Source: an uncultured archaeon (GTDB taxonomy: Archaea > Asgardarchaeota > Lokiarchaeia > Sigyniarchaeales > Promethearchaeaceae). From it: a stretch of 28,025 nt of DNA. Both the position numbers and the translations under genes were made by a program. A model generated the notes under the pieces. That model saw nothing but the letters and a program-made list of their open reading frames with translations. It was not told the DNA's origin and did no database searches. This document shows, in pieces, positions 1-8,388 of this stretch (within the stretch, counting starts at the first letter, position 1; each line of letters starts with the position of its first letter). Location: the NCBI GenBank assembly GCA_964426185.1, contig CAYRPF010000019.1, positions 4,397 to 32,421 on the forward strand, written 5' to 3'.

Positions 1-30
1 TGGTCATATAAATAAATGAAAAGACCCTTT

Positions 31-40
31 AAAAAAAAAA
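31..40 (-). terminator. Candidate oligo-U terminator of the mutS-like gene
   Basis: A10 on + (T10 on -) about 70 nt past the stop at 110. Archaeal intrinsic terminators are oligo-T tracts. Confidence 0.35.
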
Positions 41-109
41 TTTCTATTTAATTTAAAAATAAAAAGGGCATATAGATAATATTTAAGAGATTTGAAAATT
101 AGCAAAATC

Positions 110-2395
110 TTAATGCTGAAACTTCTTCAAAACTTGCTGGAAAAACCCACGTTGGGCAGAAGTTCCTGATTTTGCCAATCTTTCGATAATTAACTCGGGA
201 GTGGAATTTGCTAAATAATGATAATGAGGGTTTCTATCTACAATTAATTCTAAGTTTTCATCCAATCCTTTTGCTTCAATCCCATCCAATCGAATCTTTG
301 ACCGATCTTTTTCAGATAATTCTGATAGAATCAATTCGCCTAAATGTGTCACAAAGATGCCGAAATTATTTGCATTCGATAATATTAAAGTGAAAATACT
401 CGCCAATACCTTGGCGGCAGCGGTAGGTTCGGTAATTGCTTCTAATTCATCGGCGAAAATTAATTTTCTAGCAGATGATTGAGCCATTGAAACAAATTGA
501 AGCAAAGTTGTCTCGAAAGCGCCTGCCGATATCTGCCCGCTAGATTTTTTAAAGAAATAGATTTCATCAAAGGGTGTATAAATAAAACTCCCAATGGAGG
601 GAAATCCCATCTGGGCTAATAAAATTGCTTGTGCAAATGTCAATAAGCACATTGTTTTTCCACCCGAGTTACTCCCAGTTAATAGAGCTAAATTAGCGTA
701 AAGTGGTTTGGAATCTAAAGAACTAGTTTGAATACTATTAAAACTTGAGCAAAGTTGACTATCACCAATAATATAAGAAATTGGTACAGGGGTTACAGGA
801 TGATTAATCTCATTTTTATTACTAGATTTGACTTGTGAAAGAAATTCTTGTTGAAGGTGCAGATTAACCATATTCTTTCCCCCAAGACCCGCCCCATCTG
901 TGATTAAATTGGGAATCGATAATTCATAATCCTTAGCAAATCGACCAATAGCATAAAAAAATTCAAATTCTAATAATGTTTGGTGGAGTTCTAACAGATA
1001 ATGATGAGTTTGCTCCAATTCGATGGCAATTTTATTCATTATATTGAAGCGATGGGTAAAATATCGAGCAGTAACTATCTTTTCTAATAGAAGAATGGCA
1101 GAGTCTTCGAAATGGAAAGGGTATTCTAAAAACTCGGGAATTAACTGAGTAAAATAATCTTCTGATTCTGATGATAAGAACAACTCTTTTCGTAGAAATT
1201 CGATGTTATTTTGTATTATCTCGGATATCAAATCATCAACTTCGGCTGGAATGTAACTTCTCAAGGACTCTGAGGTAACATCATTTCGAAATAAGTTAAG
1301 TATTTGTTTTCCTTGAATTTCAATGGAGCGGTCTCCAATTTCTCTCTGAATTTCTTGATTTATGCGGCCTTCTGCTTCAGAAACAATAGAATCAAAATTT
1401 TTATACACTTGGTAATAACAATCTAACGTAGCATCAACATTTTCACGGATATCACCGTTAGAATTCAGCACAGAAGCATTTTCTTTTATCTGTTTCAAAG
1501 TTTGTAGGTCTATTTTAGAAAGAAAATCTTGTAATAACTTAGTTTCCTTAGTATTTTTTAACATAACTACAATTTTTATCATATTCTGGATGAGATCTTT
1601 GTTAAAACTGAAGAAATTAATAATTCTTTCAGGAATTAAAGAAGCTTCATCTATCTGATTTGGATTAAATGTAAGAATATTAGGCAGATTAGGTATGTTA
1701 CGCGAATTTCTGCCTATATAAACTACGACATTGAAATTACGCGAATATTGATTAAACAACCCTGAAATATCTTGATTTTCATCTAATTTGATCAATTCCA
1801 TATCAATTAAAGAATTGAATTCTTTCTCTTGTAATTCTTGTAGAATTTGTTTTGAATCTGTTAAGCAAATACGGGTTTTGATTTTGGAAAAGCTTTCAAT
1901 TTGCTTCAAAATATTTAATTTCTGCAAAGATTTTGAAAAACCTGCTGCTTCGAGCTGTGCTCCAAATCGATTGAAAAATTGAATTGCTCGATCAAAATAT
2001 TGGTGCCTTTCCTGAATTAAATGGATTTTCGTGGAAGGCAAAGGAATAAAATAATGTAATTTCTGTTTAGAATACTCTGTTTGAGTGTACTGCGCAATAA
2101 TTTGTTTAATTTGCTGAAAGATTTCTAATAAATCAGGAGTTTTTATGACATCTGATAAAGATACACCCTCTTTCAATTCAAAGTATGTTTGAGAAAATCG
2201 GAGGGCTTGTTTGAAGGTAAAGCCAGGTGCACAACCTATAAAGCCATTTTTTATGGCATGAAGTGCACTTTCTTCAGAACCATAATAGGAGAGCAATTTT
2301 TCTTTGGTTTTTTGTCCAATTCCTGGAAAATGGGCTAAATCAAAGGTTTTTATCTCTGTCAGCTGTGATATAGATTGTTTTTGTGTAACTGCCAT
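110..2395 (-). CDS. Archaeal MutS-family ATPase (MutS2/MutS5-like) with an N-terminal helix-hairpin-helix and no Smr domain
   Basis: N-terminal HhH (FPGIGQKTKEKL). C-terminal MutS domain V with Walker A TGSNSGGKT, SAGAFETTL, Walker B IFADELEAITEP and GIFVTHL. Confidence 0.85.
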   Translation of the reverse strand: MAVTQKQSISQLTEIKTFDLAHFPGIGQKTKEKLLSYYGSEESALHAIKNGFIGCAPGFTFKQALRFSQTYFELKEGVSLSDVIKTPDLLEIFQQIKQIIAQYTQTEYSKQKLHYFIPLPSTKIHLIQERHQYFDRAIQFFNRFGAQLEAAGFSKSLQKLNILKQIESFSKIKTRICLTDSKQILQELQEKEFNSLIDMELIKLDENQDISGLFNQYSRNFNVVVYIGRNSRNIPNLPNILTFNPNQIDEASLIPERIINFFSFNKDLIQNMIKIVVMLKNTKETKLLQDFLSKIDLQTLKQIKENASVLNSNGDIRENVDATLDCYYQVYKNFDSIVSEAEGRINQEIQREIGDRSIEIQGKQILNLFRNDVTSESLRSYIPAEVDDLISEIIQNNIEFLRKELFLSSESEDYFTQLIPEFLEYPFHFEDSAILLLEKIVTARYFTHRFNIMNKIAIELEQTHHYLLELHQTLLEFEFFYAIGRFAKDYELSIPNLITDGAGLGGKNMVNLHLQQEFLSQVKSSNKNEINHPVTPVPISYIIGDSQLCSSFNSIQTSSLDSKPLYANLALLTGSNSGGKTMCLLTFAQAILLAQMGFPSIGSFIYTPFDEIYFFKKSSGQISAGAFETTLLQFVSMAQSSARKLIFADELEAITEPTAAAKVLASIFTLILSNANNFGIFVTHLGELILSELSEKDRSKIRLDGIEAKGLDENLELIVDRNPHYHYLANSTPELIIERLAKSGTSAQRGFFQQVLKKFQH

Positions 2396-2511
2396 GATTA
2401 TGAAGAAACTGTTAAATAAAATTATAATCTCGAAGAGTCTGTCAATTTAATAAAAAATAATAATTTGAAATTACAAAAATTTCTTAAGAAGATATTGAAT
2501 TGAATGCAAGA

Positions 2512-2650
2512 TTATTGCCGAAATATACTTGATTTATTGGGTAAACAAGAATTACACAACCCAAAAATCATCTTCGTCCCGATATACTCCAACCGTATTA
2601 CCACATACGGGACATTTTATTCCAGCGTTATTCGTTAAATTATCATTTTC
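2512..2650 (-). pseudogene. Frameshifted Zn-ribbon micro-ORF remnant (CPVC...CNSC)
   Basis: The minus strand reads ENDNLTNNAGIKCPVCGNTVGVYRDEDDFWVV*. The +1 frame continues GLCNSCLPNKSSIFRQ*. No in-frame ATG was found. Confidence 0.4.
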
Positions 2651-2688
2651 TGAATTATTATTTAAAAATAACGAGAAATAGAAAAAAT

Positions 2689-4056
2689 TTAAAGTACTTG
2701 AGAATAACGCTTTAATTCCCACTCCGTAACTTGATTACGATATAAATTATACTCCTTCCACTTCAAATCACTGTAAGCACGATAGGCATCTTCACCTAAC
2801 AATTCCCGAGTAAATGATGAACGCTCCATATGTCGCAGGGCTTCATCCAAACTTGTGGGAATATTCTCAATCCCCATATTACGCAATTCTTCTTGAGTTA
2901 AATGGAATAAGTTGATATCTATAGCTTCGGGAGGTTCAATTTTATACTTAATCCCATCTAAACCTGCATTTAGAAGGGCAGCGAATTGTAGATACGGATT
3001 TCCGGCAGGATCTGGGCTTCGGATTTCACAACGGGCCGCATTCGCTTTATTGAAAAAGTTAGGCACCCTTATCAGCATGGAACGATTTTTAAAACCCCAT
3101 GCTATTAAAGTCGGGGCTTCATATCCGGGAACTAACCGTTTGTAAGAATTAGGCCATGAATTGAGGATAGCAGTCATACTATGTGCATGTTTCAACTGCC
3201 CAGCAATGAAATAACGTAGCGTTTCTGAGATTTGATTTGGATCTTCGGCATTAAAAAAAACATTTTGTTTGGTAGTTATATTCCATAAACTTTGATGCAC
3301 ATGCATGCCAGATCCATTTTGTCCAGCCCAAGGTTTGGGCATAAAGGTTGCCAACATATTGTGTTGGGCAGCCACCACTTTAACAACCATTTTCATAGTC
3401 ATGGTGGAATCGGCCATTTTCAAGGCATTATCATATTTCATGGAAATTTCATTCTGAGATCGTGCCACTTCGTGGTGAACTGTCTCTACATTAATCCCGG
3501 GAAATTTCTCGGCAAAAACTGCGATTTTTCGGCGAATTAAATGGTCTAATTCCGAATCGTCTGCTCCGAAATACCCACGAAAATCAATTGGTTGTGGAGT
3601 TTCTAAGTGATTACCTTGCTTCAATAAGAAAAATTCAAGTTCAGGCGCCAAATAAAATTTATATCCCATATCAGCGGCTTCTTTGATGGTTTTTTGCAAG
3701 ATGTAGCGAGGATCTCCTGGGAATCTTTCCCCATTGGGCTTATAGATATCACAAATTAACCTGGCATCAACTTCACCTTCCTCGCGCCATGGAATTACTG
3801 CGAAAGTTTGAGGATCTGGAACCGCCACCATATCACTTTCCTCTAACCGACCGTATCCAGTAATAGAAGATCCATCAAAACCTTCCCCGTTATAGAAGAG
3901 ATCTTCTAAATGGTCTGTGTTAATTCCAATTGATTTTGGTCTGCCATCTATTGATAGGAACTGAAACAAACAAAATTTGATTTCTTTTTCTTGAATTTCT
4001 GTCAAAATTTGAGAGATTTTTTGGCGATTTTCTTGATTATACATTTTTTCCACCAT
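2689..4056 (-). CDS. glnA: Glutamine synthetase type I (GSI-alpha-like)
   Basis: Motifs FDGSSI, APELEFFL, HHEVA, ATFMPKP..GQNGSGMHVHQSL, NSYKRLVPGYEAP (Glu flap intact), NRS.LIRVP and EIRSPDPAGNPYL. The adenylylation-site Tyr appears replaced (NLFHL). Confidence 0.96.
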   Translation of the reverse strand: MVEKMYNQENRQKISQILTEIQEKEIKFCLFQFLSIDGRPKSIGINTDHLEDLFYNGEGFDGSSITGYGRLEESDMVAVPDPQTFAVIPWREEGEVDARLICDIYKPNGERFPGDPRYILQKTIKEAADMGYKFYLAPELEFFLLKQGNHLETPQPIDFRGYFGADDSELDHLIRRKIAVFAEKFPGINVETVHHEVARSQNEISMKYDNALKMADSTMTMKMVVKVVAAQHNMLATFMPKPWAGQNGSGMHVHQSLWNITTKQNVFFNAEDPNQISETLRYFIAGQLKHAHSMTAILNSWPNSYKRLVPGYEAPTLIAWGFKNRSMLIRVPNFFNKANAARCEIRSPDPAGNPYLQFAALLNAGLDGIKYKIEPPEAIDINLFHLTQEELRNMGIENIPTSLDEALRHMERSSFTRELLGEDAYRAYSDLKWKEYNLYRNQVTEWELKRYSQVL

Positions 4057-4082
4057 TTATCAGAAAAATCGTTTTCTTTCTA

Positions 4083-4090
4083 TTTTTATA
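4083..4090 (-). promoter_or_regulatory. TATA box of glnA (probably leaderless transcript)
   Basis: The minus strand has TATAAAAA about 27-34 nt upstream of the ATG at 4056, and no SD is visible. Confidence 0.6.
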
Positions 4091-4106
4091 GGTAAGAACA
4101 CGATCA

Positions 4107-4163
4107 ATTTTGTCGCTCGACAAAATATGGTTGATGAAACATTTCATTGATAATATTATCAAT
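4107..4163. promoter_or_regulatory. Cluster of three palindromes (candidate operators) upstream of the glnA TATA box
   Basis: ATTTTGTCG-ct-CGACAAAAT at 4107-4126, ATGAAA-ca-TTTCAT at 4134-4147, and a perfect 18-bp ATTGATAATATTATCAAT at 4146-4163. Confidence 0.55.
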
Positions 4164-4328
4164 ATTTATGCCAATCAATTTAAATTTATTTTATTAATTC
4201 TTCAATACAATGACATAATTTTTGAAAATATCACCATTTGTTGAATTGCTATCCAGATCAACAATTTGACATTAAAAACCCTGAATATAAAATCAATTAT
4301 TCGATTTCAAAATTATTCTTAAATTGAT

Positions 4329-4372
4329 TGATCAAAAAATCAAAAAATCTTTATATGATCAAAATCAAAATT
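4329..4372 (+). promoter_or_regulatory. lrp promoter: TATA box flanked by TGATCAAAA(AA)TCAAAA direct repeats
   Basis: TTTATAT at 4350-4356 follows an A-rich BRE-like run. TGATCAAAAAATCAAAAAAT (4329-4348) and TGATCAAAATCAAAATT (4356-4372) flank it. Confidence 0.45.
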
Positions 4373-4396
4373 AATCCTATTGTTTGATCGGATTTA

Positions 4397-4975
4397 GTGA
4401 AAAATATGGACGATTCTCCCTTTGAAATAGATGAAGTAGATGCCCAAATTCTAAGCATTTTAGATGAAGATTCTCGATTAGGATACACTCAAATAGCCAA
4501 GATATTGAAGAAATCGCACATTACTATTAAAAAGCGTTTAGAAGAATTGGAACGCCGCCAAATTATCAAGAAATATACCATCGATATCGATTATGAAAAG
4601 ATTGGCTATGATATTGTTGCAATAATTGAGGTATCCATAGCCAAAGGAAAATTGCTGGAAGTTCAGCGTGAAATTGCTTCTCACCCGAATGTATTTGGGG
4701 TATATGATATTACTGGCGATTATGACAGTATAATCATGGTCCGGTTTAAATCCAGGAAAGAATTAAGCAACTTAATCAAAAAAGTTCTTAGTTCACCTGA
4801 GGTCATTCGAACTAATACACATGTTGCACTAACAGTAATAAAGGATAATGTAGATTACCGTAATATGATATCGGATCAAAAGAATGAATCAGAAATTAAA
4901 AAAGAAGATAAGAAAGAGATGCATCGTAAAGAAATTCATGTAAATATTAAGGTGGATGAACAATTAAGAAGTTAA
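4397..4975 (+). CDS. Lrp/AsnC family transcriptional regulator
   Basis: N-terminal wHTH (IDEVDAQILSILDEDSRLGYTQIAKIL...RLEELERRQII), RAM domain (VYDITGDYD...RTNT) and a charged C-terminal tail. The start may be the ATG at 4406. Confidence 0.93.
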   Translation: MKNMDDSPFEIDEVDAQILSILDEDSRLGYTQIAKILKKSHITIKKRLEELERRQIIKKYTIDIDYEKIGYDIVAIIEVSIAKGKLLEVQREIASHPNVFGVYDITGDYDSIIMVRFKSRKELSNLIKKVLSSPEVIRTNTHVALTVIKDNVDYRNMISDQKNESEIKKEDKKEMHRKEIHVNIKVDEQLRS

Positions 4976-4980
4976 GTAAA

Positions 4981-6573
4981 TTATATTCGCCCTTCTACTA
5001 TATTTTCAGCTATAGTTAACGCTTTACTGTAAACTTCATCGGTGATAATCTTCTTCTCCAATGCTTGTTCTAATAATTCTTTATCAACAATCGATCGTTC
5101 TCCAACCATATTTTCAACTATATCTATTTCTAAATCGATATAGTGGATTCCTCTATTTGTAATTTCAATAGGCGTATTAATATTAAAATAACGACCCTTA
5201 ATTTCCCGTTCGTTAGAGTAATAAGTTGAAACATAATACCAGTTGTTATTTCCGAACTCTGTAATTGCAAAATCACCCCGTTCAATGGGAGTTTTTAATC
5301 CATCATATTTACCACCAGGACGTAAATTTCTACGAACAACTATCCGATAGGGTTCATGATCTTGCCACTCAATATCTTGAATACTGCCTGAAATCAAAGA
5401 AAATCGCTTTCCAGTTAATTTTTGATGCAGTATGTCAATATAGACGCGGGGTTTAAGAAAGCTATGATAATATTGAGATAAGAATTTCACCTCAATTTTG
5501 TTCCGAGCTTCCTTATCCAAGTCACTCATTAGATATTCGGTGTATTTCATCAATTCTTGAATATTCATCCCATGAATCTGATCTCTCTCGGGTTCATCCC
5601 GAAGATTGGAATATAGATGCCATATCCGTTGGAAGTATTTCTGATTCAGTAAGGATTTAATTTCATGATGGTTGGAGATCGTGGGTAGAATTTCCGCTCG
5701 CAATTGATCCAATTGATATTTTATTGATTTTGGAAAGAGATAATTCTCGGAATGGAAATTGGAATAGATTTCACCGATTCTCTCTGGAAACTTGGTTATA
5801 GTGGTTTGAATTTGAATTAATTGTTTTTCTAATTCTTCCAATTCTTCCAAGATTTCATCATCTGAAGCCACTTCAGCAGCCGTACGGAAAACAAAACCGT
5901 ATTTCTTCTCTCGTTGAATATCTTTTCCTAAATCAAATAAGTGTTTTTTCACCCGACCGTGCTTGATTTCTTTACTGATGATGATTTTTTTATTATACGG
6001 CACTATAACAATCAAATCTCCAGGAACCGTGTAATAAGATCCTAATGAAGCATAATTTACCCCGTTATCTTCGTGCGTTACTTGGAAAATACCCTCTTTA
6101 GCATCTGGAATATAATGTGAATAACGTGCTAAGGTAGTTTCAAATTCACTCGATTTCTCGCCATTTCTATTTCCAACTTCTTCTGGTATGAGCCGTACTA
6201 AAGAAAAATTCTGATTTTTATCAGAGTTAACGATTAATCCTCGATAAATAGCATTTTTATGAAAACGGGCCGTAAATTGTAAAAGATTAGGTATTTTCTC
6301 TTGAGTTAAAGGAAAATCTGCAAAATTTTCGGTTTCTAATTGTTCCCAAATATGTTTCTTAAACATTACAGATATACCTTGCCCGTCCAAGCGATCTTTT
6401 ATGGATATATCTTTGGAATAAGTCCCTTTTGGGCGGTAGGGAAGATTAAACCTCATTTGAATATCTTCAGAAGGAAAGATGATGGAATATCCAGCATCAA
6501 GAAATAATTTTGTCAGAGCTGTGGAATAAATTCCGCGTATGAATACATTTGGTTTCGTCATTAATTGTTCCAT
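4981..6573 (-). CDS. fau-1: FAU-1 AU-rich RNA-binding protein / probable ribonuclease (RNase G/E-like middle region, DUF402 C-terminus)
   Basis: Signature N-terminus IRGIYSTALTKL, GFVFRTAA, HHEIK, and C-terminal GGKYDGL...KGRYFNINTPIE...YIDLEIDIV. Confidence 0.88.
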   Translation of the reverse strand: MEQLMTKPNVFIRGIYSTALTKLFLDAGYSIIFPSEDIQMRFNLPYRPKGTYSKDISIKDRLDGQGISVMFKKHIWEQLETENFADFPLTQEKIPNLLQFTARFHKNAIYRGLIVNSDKNQNFSLVRLIPEEVGNRNGEKSSEFETTLARYSHYIPDAKEGIFQVTHEDNGVNYASLGSYYTVPGDLIVIVPYNKKIIISKEIKHGRVKKHLFDLGKDIQREKKYGFVFRTAAEVASDDEILEELEELEKQLIQIQTTITKFPERIGEIYSNFHSENYLFPKSIKYQLDQLRAEILPTISNHHEIKSLLNQKYFQRIWHLYSNLRDEPERDQIHGMNIQELMKYTEYLMSDLDKEARNKIEVKFLSQYYHSFLKPRVYIDILHQKLTGKRFSLISGSIQDIEWQDHEPYRIVVRRNLRPGGKYDGLKTPIERGDFAITEFGNNNWYYVSTYYSNEREIKGRYFNINTPIEITNRGIHYIDLEIDIVENMVGERSIVDKELLEQALEKKIITDEVYSKALTIAENIVEGRI

Positions 6574-6617
6574 CCCAACTATTAATTATTAGCTAATAGT
6601 ATTCGTAAAGTCACAAA

Positions 6618-6695
6618 CAAGTTAAAATTTTCGAGAATACATTCAAGTTAAAATTTTCAATAATAAATGCAAGTTGAAGTTTGTGAGATCTTATA
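6618..6695. repeat. Three degenerate tandem 26-bp units (core CAAGTTAAAATTTTC)
   Basis: Units start at 6618, 6644 and 6670. Units 1 and 2 are 22/26 identical and unit 3 is degenerate (CAAGTTGAAGTTTGT). Confidence 0.75.
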
Positions 6696-7292
6696 TTACA
6701 ACAAATTCTGGGCTTTCAAAGTAGTTCCTAGCTGCTTTATAAGAGGAATTAGGCAATTTTCACTTTTTACACCGGTTAAAATCACTTTTCCAGATGAGAA
6801 TATTAAGAACACCGCCTTGGGAGAATAAACTCGGTAAATCAACCCAGGAAATATTTCGGGTTCATAAATTGAAGAATCTAAAACTAAAGAAGCGATATCT
6901 AAGTTAATTCTGCACTTAAAATCAATAGATGCAACAATATTAGCTAATTCATACTTTGGTTTTGAAGTCACATGAATCCCAATTCTGTTTAATTTATATA
7001 CAATTTTTGCAATTACTTTAGGAATATCTTTCGTATTTTTTAAACCTGTGATAATAGCTTTGCCGTTGTGGAATAACAACACGGTAGATTTAGGAGTTGG
7101 TGGAGTCAATCTAATACAAATTCCAGGAAATTTTTGAGAATTATATTCTATATCGCGATAATGTTTACGAATTTCATCTAAAGGAATTTGGTGGTCAAAA
7201 TTCACAGAAATGACGGAGTTTTGCACTTTGAATGTGGCAGAATGGCCCGTTTTTTTGATATTTTGCGAAGATTCTGAAGGATTAGGCTGCAA
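6696..7292 (-). CDS. tbp: TATA-box binding protein (divergent, probably a paralog)
   Basis: Two TBP repeats: QNSVIS...EYNSQKFPGICIRL...LLFHNGKAIITG and NIVAS...YEPEIFPGLIYRV..PKAVFLIFSSGKVILTG. The TTG start is preceded by SD-like GGGGAG 8 nt upstream. Confidence 0.92.
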   Translation of the reverse strand: MQPNPSESSQNIKKTGHSATFKVQNSVISVNFDHQIPLDEIRKHYRDIEYNSQKFPGICIRLTPPTPKSTVLLFHNGKAIITGLKNTKDIPKVIAKIVYKLNRIGIHVTSKPKYELANIVASIDFKCRINLDIASLVLDSSIYEPEIFPGLIYRVYSPKAVFLIFSSGKVILTGVKSENCLIPLIKQLGTTLKAQNLL

Positions 7293-7394
7293 TATTAATA
7301 CTCCCCATGTTCACATCTGTTGAAATTCGCACTTCTATTGATTATTGGTGCAAAGATATTTAACAATTTAGATTCATGGCATTTAAAAAAATGC

Positions 7395-7470
7395 AACATA
7401 TTTTTCATTTATACCAAATTATTAACCTTTGGAACATATTTTTCATTTATACCAAATTATTAACCTTTGG
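7395..7470. repeat. Perfect 38-bp tandem duplication covering the archaeosortase promoter
   Basis: AACATATTTTTCATTTATACCAAATTATTAACCTTTGG occurs at 7395-7432 and 7433-7470. Each copy contains TTTATA. Confidence 0.92.
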
Positions 7471-7481
7471 AGATAGATTTA

Positions 7482-8219
7482 ATGGGAAAAATAAAATATG
7501 AAGATCATTATTACGATTTCGACTGGTTATCAGTGTTATTATTATTCATTGGTGCTCCTATTATCGCCTTGACTGTGTGGTTTTCTCACGATTGGATTTG
7601 GCTCCACGGTATTACTGCCAAAATAACCGCTTGGTTGCTAAATCTGTTTACAAATACGCAAAGTGTAGTAATGTACGACCCGCGATATTTTCCAACCCCT
7701 TACTATTTTATCGTGGATGATGTACATAATTACGGTTTAGGTTGGATATTTTTCGAATCTTTGTGCACTGGAGTTCATGCAATTGCCATTTTTTCTGCAG
7801 TGATTCTATTAATACCTGCATCTTCTGATCCTACCTTAAAAAAGACAATTTGGCGCAGGAAATTAGCAGCTATCTTAGTAACTACCATTATTTTCTATAT
7901 TGTTAACATACTGCGCATGATTTTGCAGCTTTACCTCTATCAAGATGGAGCTGATTGGGAGGATGTTCATTATCCAATCAGTTCAGCTAGCAGTTTCATT
8001 GCGGTGGCCTGCGTTCTGGTTATGCATAAATATGTGCCTGAATTTATCATGACACTTATTTGGATTGGAGATGAAATTAAAAGTTATCGACGCAAAGGCA
8101 AAGAACTCATAGAAAGTGAAGAAGAGATAATATTGTCGGAAGAAACTGGTGCAGAATCCGGAGCAGAAACAAGAGAAGTCACAAAAGAAGAAAAATCTCA
8201 GAAAATGCATATACCTTAA
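7482..8219 (+). CDS. Archaeosortase/exosortase-family membrane transpeptidase
   Basis: Multi-TM protein with the family's Cys-Arg-His arrangement (ESLCTGVHAI, VNILRMILQ, WEDVHYP) and an acidic tail. ATG 7482 is preferred over TTG 7467, which lies inside the duplication, and TTTATA sits about 31 nt upstream of 7482. Confidence 0.85.
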   Translation: MGKIKYEDHYYDFDWLSVLLLFIGAPIIALTVWFSHDWIWLHGITAKITAWLLNLFTNTQSVVMYDPRYFPTPYYFIVDDVHNYGLGWIFFESLCTGVHAIAIFSAVILLIPASSDPTLKKTIWRRKLAAILVTTIIFYIVNILRMILQLYLYQDGADWEDVHYPISSASSFIAVACVLVMHKYVPEFIMTLIWIGDEIKSYRRKGKELIESEEEIILSEETGAESGAETREVTKEEKSQKMHIP

Positions 8220-8388
8220 GCTGGATATTATCTATTTTTATTATATTTTTATATGCAAAACTCCAATTTACTTAGTTGTGAATGTGATAAAATCTTGTAA
8301 TTTATCCCATTCTTGCATTACATTGTAGTATGATACTAAATGTCAATCCTTTGATGCTTGGTCGTTATGCAAACCATACAATACTATT

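Noticed and set aside
110-2395. Canonical mismatch-repair MutS1
   Set aside because: No N-terminal mismatch-binding GxFYE domain is present and there is no mutL in the window.
2689-4056. GS-like gamma-glutamyl-amine ligase rather than a true glutamine synthetase
   Set aside because: The ammonium-site residues (FDGSS Asp, GYF Tyr, GYEAP Glu) are all intact.
6618-7470. CRISPR array interpretation of the 26-bp and 38-bp repeats
   Set aside because: The units are directly tandem without unique spacers, there are only 2-3 copies, and no cas genes are present.
8220-8388. Possible small ORF or ncRNA between the convergent archaeosortase and GTPase genes
   Set aside because: Only very short ORFs (about 16 codons from an ATG) and weak AT-rich stems were found.
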